Below, piece after piece: positions 1 to 9,279 of a stretch of 51,690 nt of DNA (the first letter of the stretch is position 1; each line of letters starts with the position of its first letter). The notes beneath the pieces are model-generated. The model had not been told where the DNA came from. It ran no database searches and was given only the letters and a program-made list of their open reading frames with translations. A program made the translations under genes and the position numbers. The stretch comes from Deltaproteobacteria bacterium (GTDB lineage Bacteria; Myxococcota_A; Polyangia; Polyangiales; Houyiibacteriaceae): NCBI GenBank assembly GCA_034670305.1, contig JAXMNT010000056.1, forward strand, positions 1 to 51,690, given 5' to 3'.

Positions 1-124
1 CGCGATGCTCGTCGCGCTGATCAAGCGATCTGACCGCTGATCCGCGGGCAAGGGCAAAGGCAAGGGCAGGGGCAAGGGGCAGGCTGCGAGAACGCCCTGC
101 GGGCGTTCTTCAGCAACCTGCTAG
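1..124 (+). mobile_element. Right end of a CTAG-bounded repeat element (MITE-like), truncated by the window start
   Basis: Exact reverse complement of 51566-51689. The last ~60 bp also match 11593-11652. Contains a (GGGCAA/GGGGCA)n run and the hairpin GAACGCCC-TGC-GGGCGTTC, and ends TTCAGCAACCTGCTAG. Confidence 0.8.
2..40 (+). CDS. Partial CDS (C-terminal ...AMLVALIKRSDR*), possibly a four-helix-bundle (TIGR02436/IVS-protein-like) protein
   Basis: Frame open from the window edge to TGA at 38-40. The amphipathic 'AMLxxLIK' ending resembles the last helix of four-helix-bundle proteins. Only 12 codons are visible. Confidence 0.35.
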   Translation, partial: AMLVALIKRSDR

Positions 125-165
125 GGCCGCCAGTCTCGCGAAGCGAGCCAGGCCCGTAGTGACGA

Positions 166-1116
166 TCAATGAAGCCGGGCGTGGATCTGGAGGGGCTGCT
201 GCCAGATGGCGCTTCGCGACAACCGGATGCTCTGCGCGAGCAACGAGTTCAAGGCGCCCGCGGTGCATTCCGAGAACGAGTCCGCCGCGCTCGGCAGCAC
301 GCGCACCCGGCCGACGTAGAGTCGCGTGTCGCCCACGTCCCGAAGGCGGGTGCTCATGTCGAGAAGCAACGCCGCGTCCAGCGAACGCGCGTGGCTCTGC
401 GACCACTCCTGAGCGAAGCAGTCGGCGATCACCCGGTTGGCGGCTTCGGTGCCGAGCAGCTCGCGGGTCTGTGCGTACCCGGCTTCGTCCCCGTCGGCGA
501 AGCGGAGCTGGACCGCGACCGAATCGGCCCCCGGAACGGTGGGCTCGAGCGTGTAGTACTGGTCGGGCGGATCGGGTGCGTCGAAGAGGTTCAGATCGAT
601 CCCGTCGTGCCGGAGCCGCGCGAGTCCAGCGAGCACCTGCACTCTGCGGGCGTCGCCGGGAAGCGATTCGCGCAGACAACGGTCGGCCAAACGCGCCGCG
701 TGCTCCCGAACCTGGTCGCCCTCGCGCACCTGCAGTGCGGCGATGGCGCCGTCGCACAACGCTTCGGGCGGGATGGGCGCGTCCGATGCGTCGTAGGCGT
801 CGAACCCCTCGTCGAATGCTTCGACGGCGGACCGCGTGTCCCCCGCGGTCAGCAGACCACGGGCGGCTTCGATCAGGATCTCTGCGCGGACGTTGGTGCG
901 TTGGTGTCGGCAGACCTCGTGGACACAGTTGTGGTCGTGGGCGCAGTCCTGGCGGCCCCGGCACGTCGCCCCCGCGGTCGAGACAGCCGTGGTCGCGCGC
1001 GCCCGCACCGGTGTCTCGAGAGTGGGCTCGGTTCGCTGGGTCTCGCGCGTCGGGCATCCCGCCACGAGGCAGGCGGCCATCAGGCACGACGCGGTCCGCA
1101 GACCCTCATCGAACAT
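166..1116 (-). CDS. Hypothetical lipoprotein with a small Cys-rich module and a TPR-like helical region
   Basis: Lipobox-like 'AACLVAGC', motif CRGRQDCAHDHNCVHEVC, natural amino-acid composition. Last gene of a minus-strand operon; the true start may be ~12 codons downstream. Confidence 0.7.
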   Translation of the reverse strand: MFDEGLRTASCLMAACLVAGCPTRETQRTEPTLETPVRARATTAVSTAGATCRGRQDCAHDHNCVHEVCRHQRTNVRAEILIEAARGLLTAGDTRSAVEAFDEGFDAYDASDAPIPPEALCDGAIAALQVREGDQVREHAARLADRCLRESLPGDARRVQVLAGLARLRHDGIDLNLFDAPDPPDQYYTLEPTVPGADSVAVQLRFADGDEAGYAQTRELLGTEAANRVIADCFAQEWSQSHARSLDAALLLDMSTRLRDVGDTRLYVGRVRVLPSAADSFSECTAGALNSLLAQSIRLSRSAIWQQPLQIHARLH

Positions 1117-1139
1117 GACGCGGACCCCTCAAGGCGCTC

Positions 1140-2369
1140 TCAGAACCGGGCTTGCAGACCCAGCGTCGCGATGATGCCGCGGTCGTTCGGAACCGGTGTG
1201 CTGCCGTACCGGAAGCTGTCGAAGTTCCACTTGATCCAATCGAACTTGGCAACGAGTGCGAAGCCTGCGAACGGCCCGACGTTGCCGTCGTCGCCGGGCG
1301 GAAGGTCGTATTCGATGCGACCGCCGGCTACCCAGCTCGACATCGGGGAGAGCTCCCGGTCGCCGGTGAAGTACTGGCCACGCGGGAAGAGCGCGTAGTT
1401 GTCCGAGAAGAACGACGCGCCGGTCTGGTCGTAGTACCGGCCGCGGAGTCGAAAGCGCAGGCCACTGACGACCACCTGTTCGTACGCGAGCTCGGCGGTG
1501 ACGCTTCGGACGTTCCAGGTGTCGCGGTAGACGCGGCCGTAGATCTGGAGTGCGCCCTTGAGCGGCGCGAGCCAGAGCCGCGCCCCGAGCCCAGCCGAGT
1601 AACGCACGCGGTTCTCGGGATGGTGTTCTTGGGCAGCAGCGCGACCGAGCCAGACGGACCGGTACGGGTTGGCCTGATACCCGTTGAGCACCTGTCCGCT
1701 GAGCGTCAGTTGGGTGGCGAGGATCGAGGTCCACGCCTGGGTCCAGGTACCCTGGACCGTGTGCAGGTCGAGCGGCAGTTCCGCGCGGTTGTCGGCCCCT
1801 TCGAAACACCCGTCCGCCGTGTCGAGTCGCTGCCGGTCCACCGGCTCCTGCGCGTCCGCTTGCAAGAGGTTGCAGACGTGGTCGAAGCCGCGGCCGTAGC
1901 TGACCTCGAAGGTCGTGTTGCGTTCGAAGAGTTCGGCACGCGCGGTCAGTGCGAACCCGTGCGAGCGGTAGTCGCTCTCGGTGCCGTAGGTGTAGGAGCC
2001 GCGCAGACTCGCGCGCTCACTCTGGATGCCGATGCCCGCCGTGGCGGTGTGGCGCTGGTCGGCCCACTCGGTTGCGCTCGTGACCGCGTCCACGCCGGAG
2101 CCCGGTGCATCCACCACCGCGACGCTCGCGCCGCTGACGATGTCGGCTTCCCAGCCGGCGAACAGCGTCACCACATCGCGTGCGGTGCCTTCGATCGTAA
2201 CGCTCGGGGTGATGGACTGCGTCTTGAGGCCGCCGCCCGATTCACGGAAGTAGCTGGTGGTGGCGTCGACGCTGACCTGCGCGCCTGCCGTCGAGACACC
2301 CGAGAGGGTGATCGTGATCGCGGCGAGGACTCCGACGATTCGGGTGTGCCACCTCAGTTGCAACCGCAC
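1140..2369 (-). CDS. DUF3570-family outer-membrane beta-barrel protein
   Basis: Signal peptide, 'VDAVTSAT' and 'GYQANPYRSV' motifs, 'YRDTW', terminal Phe beta-signal (LGLQARF); adjacent to a DUF4266 gene. Confidence 0.8.
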   Translation of the reverse strand: MRLQLRWHTRIVGVLAAITITLSGVSTAGAQVSVDATTSYFRESGGGLKTQSITPSVTIEGTARDVVTLFAGWEADIVSGASVAVVDAPGSGVDAVTSATEWADQRHTATAGIGIQSERASLRGSYTYGTESDYRSHGFALTARAELFERNTTFEVSYGRGFDHVCNLLQADAQEPVDRQRLDTADGCFEGADNRAELPLDLHTVQGTWTQAWTSILATQLTLSGQVLNGYQANPYRSVWLGRAAAQEHHPENRVRYSAGLGARLWLAPLKGALQIYGRVYRDTWNVRSVTAELAYEQVVVSGLRFRLRGRYYDQTGASFFSDNYALFPRGQYFTGDRELSPMSSWVAGGRIEYDLPPGDDGNVGPFAGFALVAKFDWIKWNFDSFRYGSTPVPNDRGIIATLGLQARF

Positions 2370-2599
2370 CCTCCGCCGGTGACACCCTGCGCGCCGAAGC
2401 TCGCTTCACGGTTGGTCAGCACGTGCACTTCCTGCGCCTGCGACTCCCCGTGCGAGCCGAAGGTCATCGACGGCTGGGCGAGGAACTCCCGCTCCTCGGG
2501 CCGCACGGTGACGCATGCGCTCGCGCCGCAGAGCACCCACACCGCAAGCCATCGAAGGGGTCGCCCCCACCCGAACTCAGAAGAAGACCGACATGCCAC
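2354..2599 (-). CDS. DUF4266-family small lipoprotein
   Basis: Lipobox 'GASAC', 'VRPEEREFLA' and the diagnostic C-terminus 'REASFG...GGGCGCN'. Start uncertain. Confidence 0.85.
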   Translation of the reverse strand: MACRSSSEFGWGRPLRWLAVWVLCGASACVTVRPEEREFLAQPSMTFGSHGESQAQEVHVLTNREASFGAQGVTGGGCGCN

Positions 2600-3410
2600 C
2601 GCTGTACTCCTCCTGGGTCACGTATCGACCGGGTTCGAAGAACACGTACGACCGGACCTCGATGCGCAACGTGATGCGTTGCCGGAATCCGAACCGAAGC
2701 CCACCGCCGCCGTACATCGCTGCGGTCGAGCCGGACTCGAGCAGAAACGTGTCGGCGTTGGGGTCGCTGATGGCGATGCCGCCGCCCACCACCAAGAACG
2801 GCACGACCGGGGAGCGGGGGAACACGTTCACCACACCGCCGCCGCCGAGCACGAAGATCTGACCGGCCCGCGACACGCCGATTTGCGCGTTGAGTTCGAT
2901 CCCGAACTCGGGCGCGAGCACGATCATGGGTCGGAACGCGAGCGAACCGCCACTCCCGAGTGCGCCGAACATGACCGCGAGCTCGATGTGCGCGTCGCCG
3001 AGGGGAGGGGGCGAAAAGATCCGCGAGGGCCGGCGCTCGTCGTCGGGACCGACCTCGTGGTTGTAGACCGCGTCGCCGAGGATCCACGCGAGCGTGCCGT
3101 CGGGCCGTTCGACCTGGAACCAGTACCCGGTGGTGGCGCGGCGCTTCACCGGAAAGATGTCGCCGCGCAGCGCCATGCCGACCCGTCGAAAGCTGCTCCC
3201 GGGCCCCGAACGCAATGCGGAGCTGTCGACGATCACCCGGGCGAAGAGTTCGACGTCTCCGGAGACTTCGGGGGCGGGTTCGGCCGCCTCCGCCTCGGGT
3301 TCGGCCTCGTCTTGGGCGACCGCGGGCAGGGTGCCCAGCAGCACGCTCAGGAGCGCGGCCGACGTCCGCAGCGTACGCCCGGTCATCCAACCGGTCATCC
3401 AACCGCTCAT
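2577..3410 (-). CDS. SH3-domain plus small outer-membrane beta-barrel protein
   Basis: ATG at 3410 overlaps the upstream TGA (ATGA). Signal peptide, SH3b-like 'ALRSGPGSSFRRVG...WFQV', alternating beta strands ending 'GGMSVFF'. Confidence 0.75.
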   Translation of the reverse strand: MSGWMTGWMTGRTLRTSAALLSVLLGTLPAVAQDEAEPEAEAAEPAPEVSGDVELFARVIVDSSALRSGPGSSFRRVGMALRGDIFPVKRRATTGYWFQVERPDGTLAWILGDAVYNHEVGPDDERRPSRIFSPPPLGDAHIELAVMFGALGSGGSLAFRPMIVLAPEFGIELNAQIGVSRAGQIFVLGGGGVVNVFPRSPVVPFLVVGGGIAISDPNADTFLLESGSTAAMYGGGGLRFGFRQRITLRIEVRSYVFFEPGRYVTQEEYSGGMSVFF

Positions 3411-3916
3411 CGAAGCATCCACTCGACGATCAGGTCCGCCTCGGGCGAGCTGGCATCGAAGATCACGCGCGGGTGAGACGCCTGACCAATGGGCCGCTGG
3501 TAGAGCGGGCTCGACAGAGGATCCGGCCGGACGCCGCGCCGAACCGCTTCGAGGTTGTTCATGTAGGACTGCGGCACAGCGCCTCCGACGACGACCCCGT
3601 CTTCGTCGCAGTCGGGGGGCATATCCGTCTCGCCCAGTACATCCAGGCGCATCGCGGAGCGGGCGCTGTGGCAGGAGCCGGATTCGCCCGAGGCACCGCT
3701 GGCGCACGTTTGAGGGGCGATGACTTCGGGCTGCACGCGGCAGAAGAAGAAGTCCTCGTCGACCATGACCTCGGGCTGCACGAAGTTGTCTCCCAGCGGC
3801 TCCAGCGCGCAGCCGGCCAGGGGCAAGAGCGTGCTCAGGGCGACGGCGACGAACGGCGCCACGAGGGCGCGATGGAGACGGACGTCCACGGATGGGGCCA
3901 TCGTGCCAAAGCCCAC
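3407..3916 (-). CDS. Lipoprotein, probable atypical c-type cytochrome domain
   Basis: Lipobox 'LAGC'. The pattern F..RVQP...C-x10-CH...DPLSSPL..RP...HP...I..W resembles planctomycete-type cytochrome c domains. Confidence 0.6.
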   Translation of the reverse strand: MGFGTMAPSVDVRLHRALVAPFVAVALSTLLPLAGCALEPLGDNFVQPEVMVDEDFFFCRVQPEVIAPQTCASGASGESGSCHSARSAMRLDVLGETDMPPDCDEDGVVVGGAVPQSYMNNLEAVRRGVRPDPLSSPLYQRPIGQASHPRVIFDASSPEADLIVEWMLR

Positions 3917-3998
3917 GTCGAAGTGGAAGCGCCAAAGCGGGTCCGTGGGCGTGGCGGCTCGTGGCGGCGTGCCGTTTCCGTCGGAACGGAGCGTGAAG

Positions 3999-5498
3999 TC
4001 AGTTCGAGGCGCCGCCGAGGAGCCCGCCCAGGAACGGCAGCAAGGAACGAAGGTCGTCGTCGTTGAATCGGACCTGCAGTCCCAGGAAGAAGTCCGCGCT
4101 GTCGTTGAGCGCGTCGTCGATTCCCGCGGCGACCCACAGTCGGTTGACGATCTCGAAGGCCAGGCGCGCGCGCAGGCGGGGGAACGCCTGGATGCCGATC
4201 GCGAAGAAGTCGGTGTTCACCTCGAGGCGATCGTCGAAGAAGTGCAGGTCGAGTCCGAGCCCGCCGGTCGACTCCATGATGCCGAACCGGAACGTCGCGA
4301 AGCTCACCCGTTTGGCGAGCTGGATGGTGAACCGCAGCGCGTTGGACCGGGTGATCCGGGTTTCCTGGTACTCGCCCGGCTCGTCCGGGAGGGCAGGGCT
4401 GCGCCGCACAGTGGTCTGGGTCGTGCTGATCGACCCGCGCGGGTCGTCGACCAGCTGAACCAGGAAGTAGCGCCCCTCCCGAGGCAGGAGCCGCAGAGAG
4501 AAGTACGTCTTGAAGGTGTTGGCGAGGAAGTTGTACTCGCTGCGCAGCTCCACGATCGTCTGGAGCCGCGCGAACCCGCCCACCAAGTTGTTGATGCCCT
4601 CGGCGGCGCCCTCGATCTCATCGACCAGGGTTTCGTCGGTCGTGAGCCGGCCGATGGTGCCGTGTCCCTGTGCGGTCCGGTCCGTCACGGTGTTCACATC
4701 GGCGAGCACGATCTCCAGCCGTTCGCCCGCCCGCCGAATCGAGGCGACCGCATCGTCCACCTCGCCGACCGTGCGGTCGATGTCCGGTTCTCGGCGTTCG
4801 ACGAGGTTGCGCACCGTCTCGGTGGTGCGTTCGATGTTCTCGAGTGCGGCGACCAGGCGCGGCCCGCCGGCTGCCGTCGCGTTCTCCACGTTCGCGAGGG
4901 TGCGTCCGACCACCTGCTCGTTCGCCTGGATCGTCCGGTTCACGCCCTCGAGCGCCTGGCTGAGGTTCTCGAGTGCGCTGCCCATGCGGTCGCCCGCTTC
5001 GTCGCTGCCAAAGCTCCGGTTGAGCTGCTCGGAGACGGCTCGGATGTCGTTGGCGATGTCGTGCACGACCTCGAGCACGTCGTCGGTGCCCACGGCTTCG
5101 TTCGCGACTCGGATTTGATCCCCGTCCTCCACCCGATCGAGTTCCAGGTTGCCCGGGTTGAGGGCCAGGATCTTCTCGCCGAGCAGAGACACCGCCCGCA
5201 TCGAGACCGCCGCGTCTTCGTAAAGCGCGACGTCGCCGTTGATCATGATGTCGACGCGGGCTTTGTCGCCTTCGAGCCGAATGCTGTCGATGTACCCGAC
5301 CGGAATGCCTGCGATGACGACGCGGCTCTTGGCGACGAGGCCCTGGGCATCTTCGAAAAGTGCGTAGACGCGGTATCCCTCGCCCGCCTGCGAGCGTTCG
5401 TCGACGAAACGAAACACCAGGACGACGGCGGCGATGCCCAGGACGAGCATCAGGCCAACTTTGGCCGTTTTCCACGAATCACGCACAAACTGCACCAT
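3999..5498 (-). CDS. MlaD/MCE-family protein with a long helical region and a C-terminal beta domain
   Basis: N-terminal TM helix, MCE signature 'FEDAQGL...V.IAGIPVG.I..I.L', 'SLLGEKILAL.PG', 'GHGTIGRL'. Confidence 0.9.
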   Translation of the reverse strand: MVQFVRDSWKTAKVGLMLVLGIAAVVLVFRFVDERSQAGEGYRVYALFEDAQGLVAKSRVVIAGIPVGYIDSIRLEGDKARVDIMINGDVALYEDAAVSMRAVSLLGEKILALNPGNLELDRVEDGDQIRVANEAVGTDDVLEVVHDIANDIRAVSEQLNRSFGSDEAGDRMGSALENLSQALEGVNRTIQANEQVVGRTLANVENATAAGGPRLVAALENIERTTETVRNLVERREPDIDRTVGEVDDAVASIRRAGERLEIVLADVNTVTDRTAQGHGTIGRLTTDETLVDEIEGAAEGINNLVGGFARLQTIVELRSEYNFLANTFKTYFSLRLLPREGRYFLVQLVDDPRGSISTTQTTVRRSPALPDEPGEYQETRITRSNALRFTIQLAKRVSFATFRFGIMESTGGLGLDLHFFDDRLEVNTDFFAIGIQAFPRLRARLAFEIVNRLWVAAGIDDALNDSADFFLGLQVRFNDDDLRSLLPFLGGLLGGASN

Positions 5499-5584
5499 AG
5501 CAGGGCCCTATCGGCCGTGTCGGCTTTCTAGGTGGGGCAACCGCCCCTTGATCCGGGCGGGAGAAGGGCCTACCCGGATCGGAG

Positions 5585-6475
5585 ATGTCCAAGGTCGCAA
5601 CGGTCGCGAAGAAAGCCGCCAGTGTCGGTGTGGGGTTCTGGGAGGGCTTCAGTTTCCCCTTCAAAGGGATGAAGTTCGTCTACTTCGACCACCCGAAGCT
5701 CGCCCGCTTCTGGATCTTCCCGATCCTCATCACCCTCATCACCCTCTGCCTCGGCAGTTGGGCGAGCTGGCACTACAGCGCGGACATCATCGACAGCTTC
5801 TGGGCCGCGCCTGAAGGCGATGGCTTCTTCGATGGGGTCGCCCGCTTCTTCCACGGGTTCTTCGAGATCCTCCTCTCCATCGCGCTGTGGGCGGTGAGCA
5901 TCATTTTCTTGATGCTTCTCACCAGCGTCATCGCGGCCCCGTTCAATGGGGCGCTGAGCGCCGCGGTCGAGGAGATCGCGACCGGCAAAGGAAACGCCGA
6001 GGGCGGCTTCGGCGTGTTCATGCGGGACATCGGCCGGACGGTCGTGCTCGAGATCATGAAGCTCCTCATCTACCTGATGGTGATGGTGCCCCTCTTCGCG
6101 CTTCAGTGTGCGGTCCCGGCGGTGGGCACGGTCTTCTACAGCATCTTCGGATTCACGTTCACCGCCTGGTTCTGGGGCCTCGACTACGTCGACTGGCCCG
6201 CAGAGCGACGCGGTTGGCCCGTGGGTCAGCGCTTCACGACCGCCCGAAAACGGTTCATGACGATGTTCGGGTTCGGCGCCGGGGTGTGGATGTTCGTGTT
6301 CATCCCGTTCGTGAACCTCTTCTTCATGCCCGCCGCCGTGGCCGGCGGGACGCTGCTCTTCCTCGAGATGGAGGGCCCCGCCCCGGACCCCACGGCGCCC
6401 CCCGAACCCGTCGATCCGGTCGGAGACCCGTCTGCGGCCCCCGGACCCCCCGACGAACTGCCCCCGCGGCCCTAG
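5585..6475 (+). CDS. EI24/CysZ-like integral membrane protein
   Basis: Several TM helices, 'IAAPFNGALS..VE' and 'IPFVNLFFMPAAVAGGT' motifs; GGAG RBS-like sequence at the start. Confidence 0.8.
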   Translation: MSKVATVAKKAASVGVGFWEGFSFPFKGMKFVYFDHPKLARFWIFPILITLITLCLGSWASWHYSADIIDSFWAAPEGDGFFDGVARFFHGFFEILLSIALWAVSIIFLMLLTSVIAAPFNGALSAAVEEIATGKGNAEGGFGVFMRDIGRTVVLEIMKLLIYLMVMVPLFALQCAVPAVGTVFYSIFGFTFTAWFWGLDYVDWPAERRGWPVGQRFTTARKRFMTMFGFGAGVWMFVFIPFVNLFFMPAAVAGGTLLFLEMEGPAPDPTAPPEPVDPVGDPSAAPGPPDELPPRP

Positions 6476-6616
6476 ACCGGAAGCGGGCCAGCCCCGCGAC
6501 GGCGTTGAATACTGGCGATGGCTGACTCGTCGGGTGATGTTGTGGGCGCGCCTCGGGCTTTGTTATGGTCCGGCCGCGACCCGTGCCCGGCACCTCGCAG
6601 GAGTGTAGAGAAACCC

Positions 6617-7519
6617 ATGAGCATTCGAACCCCCTCGAACTGGTACACGCGACGCGGAAACCGTGTGATCGCGGCGTCGCTGACCTCCTTGATGGTCGCG
6701 GTCGGGATCACCTGGACCGCCGCCGACGCCGACGCACAGCGCCGTCGACGACGCGCCCCCGCCGAGGAACGCACCCCGATGAGCGACGCCGTGGCGCCCG
6801 CGCTCGATGGCATCGAGTGGGGCTGGGATCACCGGCACCTCGTCAAACACCACACCGCCCAGATCCGCCGGCAATACCAGCCGCGCATCAACAAGGCGCG
6901 CGATGCGATGACCGAGGACGCGCTCCGCCACGAACGCGACCAGATCCTTCGCCGCATGCGCGAGAGCCGACTCGAGTTCAACGGCCGCACGAGCGGCTAC
7001 GACTCGGGCTTCCTCCGCGACGAGTTCACCCACCGCAACCAAGAGTCGATGATTCGGGTGCGGGGCGAGAACGGCGACGACTACTTCTTCTTCATTCAGG
7101 GCCGCCTCTGGAAGTGGTACCACGCGTTCGACGCGGCGGTGTTCCAGGGCGCCGACTTCGAGCAGTTCACGGCCGCGCTCCAGCGCCGCTTCGGCCCTGG
7201 CCGCACCCGCACCGGCCACCTCTCCGCCGGCACCGAAGAGCGGACGTGGATGGAGTGGCAAGACGAGACCACACGTGTCCGCGCCGTGGACAACACGACC
7301 TTCTACGGCTTCTACGGCCTCATCTTCGAGGACAAAGCCACGCTCGCCCGCCTCGGCGAACTCCGCCAGAACAAGCGCCGCAGCGGCCCCCGCGAACACG
7401 CGCTGGTCGAAGCGGTGACCGCAGACGGCGAAGAGACGAGCGGCGACTCCCACTCCGACATCATCGACCGCATCACCGGCAACATCCGCAACCGCCAGGA
7501 CGCCCCTCCCTCCGAGTAG
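6617..7519 (+). CDS. Hypothetical secreted protein
   Basis: ATG 6617 followed by a signal peptide ('ADADAQ'); strong GC3 codon bias; followed by a terminator hairpin. Confidence 0.75.
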   Translation: MSIRTPSNWYTRRGNRVIAASLTSLMVAVGITWTAADADAQRRRRRAPAEERTPMSDAVAPALDGIEWGWDHRHLVKHHTAQIRRQYQPRINKARDAMTEDALRHERDQILRRMRESRLEFNGRTSGYDSGFLRDEFTHRNQESMIRVRGENGDDYFFFIQGRLWKWYHAFDAAVFQGADFEQFTAALQRRFGPGRTRTGHLSAGTEERTWMEWQDETTRVRAVDNTTFYGFYGLIFEDKATLARLGELRQNKRRSGPREHALVEAVTADGEETSGDSHSDIIDRITGNIRNRQDAPPSE

Positions 7520-7542
7520 GCACACACTGCAGAAGTTTGATG

Positions 7543-7572
7543 ACGAGCAGGCCCTGAGGCCTGCTCGTTTGC
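7543..7572 (+). terminator. Probable intrinsic terminator
   Basis: Perfect 11-bp stem ACGAGCAGGCC-CTGA-GGCCTGCTCGT followed by a short T run, about 24 bp after the stop at 7519. Confidence 0.6.
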
Positions 7573-7577
7573 GTTAA

Positions 7578-7897
7578 CCCTTGCCCGTGCCCGTGCCCGT
7601 GCCCGTGCCCGTGCCCGTGCCCGTACCCGTGCCGTGCTCGTGCTCGCGGTCGGCGGCATCGGCATCGGCATCGGCGTCGGCGTCGGCTTCGGCTTCGGGA
7701 TCGGGATCGGCATCGGATTCGGCTTCGGATTCGGATTCGGATTCGGATTCGGATTCGGATTCGGATTCGGCATCGGCATCGGATTCGGCTTCGGATTCGG
7801 CGTCGGCATCGGCATCGGATTCGGCGTCGGGATCGGCTTCGGCCTCGGCCTCGGCTTCAGGACCGAAGCACGGGCACGGGCACAAGCAGGGGCACGG
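7578..7897. repeat. Hexamer tract A: (GCCCGT)n - (TCGGCN/TCGGAT)n - (CACGGG)n
   Basis: Directly visible tandem hexamers; the outer blocks are mutually complementary. Confidence 0.95.
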
Positions 7898-8156
7898 AAA
7901 CCGCCCATACTCCTTCGGATTCGGCCTCCGGTCTTCACGGCTCTCAGCCCCATTGCGCGGCTCCGGCTCGCTCCATTCCAGGCCGTGCATCTCACTTCGA
8001 ACTCGACCGAAGCAAACCAAGAAACTTTCTTCATGTTCCCGCGCAAACGCCTGAATTTACGAAGGAATACGCCGCTCGTTTTCCTGTGCAACCCTTGGTA
8101 TGCGCCAATCAATGACTAGGTTGTGCGCTCTGAAAATCTGCTTGGAAGGAGCGCGG

Positions 8157-9260
8157 ATGACCGACGAACAACCGACCTACGACGCCAGCTCGATCGAGGT
8201 TCTCGAAGGGCTGGAGGCCGTCCGGAGACGGCCGGGAATGTACATTGGAGACGTCGAAGAAGACGCGCTCCAGCACCTCCTCCTGGAGGCCGTGGGGAAC
8301 GTGGTCGACCTCCACCTTCGTGGGCTCGCGTCCTCCGTCCGCATCGACCTGCGGGAGACCGGTTTCGTGGTGGAAGACGACGGGCCCGGGCTCCACCCGG
8401 TCGCGCTGCACATCGTGTTCACGAGGCTCCATGCAAGCAGCAGTGCATGGCCGCATGTGCATCTCGCGTCCCATGGCATCGGGATCGCGCCCCTGAACGC
8501 GGTGGCGTTGCCGCTCGTGGTGGAGTCGCGGGCGGCCGGGTGGGGCTGCCGGGCTCGGTTCGCGCAAGGCACGCTGGAGGAACTCGAAGACCTCGGCCGG
8601 GTGCACGAGAGCGGGACCCGGATCGACTTCGAGGCCGACCCGGAGATCTTCGGCGACGCCCGCCTGGACATCCCCGCGGCTCGAACACGGCTGTTCGAAG
8701 TCGCGTGCTGCAATCCGGCGCTGACGTTCTTCGTCGATGGGGAGCGGCTGGACGCACGTGTCGGAGGCGCTTCGTTTCTGGCGGCCACGGCACCCGACAG
8801 CGACCCCTGGCCCAGCCGGCCGATGGGCGTCCGAGTGTCCTGCGAGAACGTAGGGGTTCGTTTGGCGGTGCAATGGGCGGCGCGAGGGGCCGGGGAGATC
8901 CACGGCTTCGCGAACCAGCAGGCTTGCAACGGCGCGCACATCCAAGGCTTCCGGAGCGGGCTGCTGGCGGGCGCGCGAACCGCCGGATGCGGGTTGGCCC
9001 CGTCGGACCGGGTCGCGCTCGAGCAACTGGAGGAGGGGCTGCGTGCCTGGGTGGAGGTCGAGGTGCTGGATCTGAAGTTCGTCGGACCCACCGGTTCGAC
9101 GATCGTCAGCGCGGCGGCGCGAACGGCGGTGCATGAGGTGACGGAGCGCTGGATGGGGGCGCTGCTGCGGTGCCACCCGCGCTGGCACGACGTGCCTGCG
9201 CCCAAGCCGTCGTGCGACGAGGTCGCGGGGTTGATGGAGCATCGGGCGCGCGTGGGTTAG
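8157..9260 (+). CDS. Stand-alone GyrB/ParE N-terminal-like GHKL ATPase (no TOPRIM domain)
   Basis: GGAAGGA RBS. Motifs 'YDASSIEVLEGLEAVRRRPGMYIG', 'EAVGNVVD', 'EDDGPG', 'HGIG', 'GTRIDF..DPEIF', 'HIQGFRSGL'. Stops after 367 aa. Confidence 0.85.
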   Translation: MTDEQPTYDASSIEVLEGLEAVRRRPGMYIGDVEEDALQHLLLEAVGNVVDLHLRGLASSVRIDLRETGFVVEDDGPGLHPVALHIVFTRLHASSSAWPHVHLASHGIGIAPLNAVALPLVVESRAAGWGCRARFAQGTLEELEDLGRVHESGTRIDFEADPEIFGDARLDIPAARTRLFEVACCNPALTFFVDGERLDARVGGASFLAATAPDSDPWPSRPMGVRVSCENVGVRLAVQWAARGAGEIHGFANQQACNGAHIQGFRSGLLAGARTAGCGLAPSDRVALEQLEEGLRAWVEVEVLDLKFVGPTGSTIVSAAARTAVHEVTERWMGALLRCHPRWHDVPAPKPSCDEVAGLMEHRARVG

Positions 9261-9279
9261 GCGCGGACGCGGAGCCGTT

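Noticed and set aside
1152-3476. Long antisense or alternate-frame ORFs (e.g. 1152-3476, 13588-15909, 44792-47146)
   Set aside because: Shadow ORFs typical of high-GC DNA, overlapping well-supported genes and lacking motifs.
3893-3910. Sigma-54 promoter on the minus strand (TGGCAC)
   Set aside because: No TTGC-like -12 element at the required spacing.
7574-8119. Ser-Asp, Pro-Lys or Gly-Phe repeat 'proteins' in the ORF track (also 41922-42470, 46111-47136, 50477-51293)
   Set aside because: Stop-free hexamer tracts open all frames on both strands. There is no supporting domain, so these are treated as non-coding repeats.
8157-9260. Calling this gene gyrB or parE
   Set aside because: It lacks the TOPRIM and C-terminal half and has altered lid and QTK motifs, so it cannot be a functional topoisomerase B subunit.
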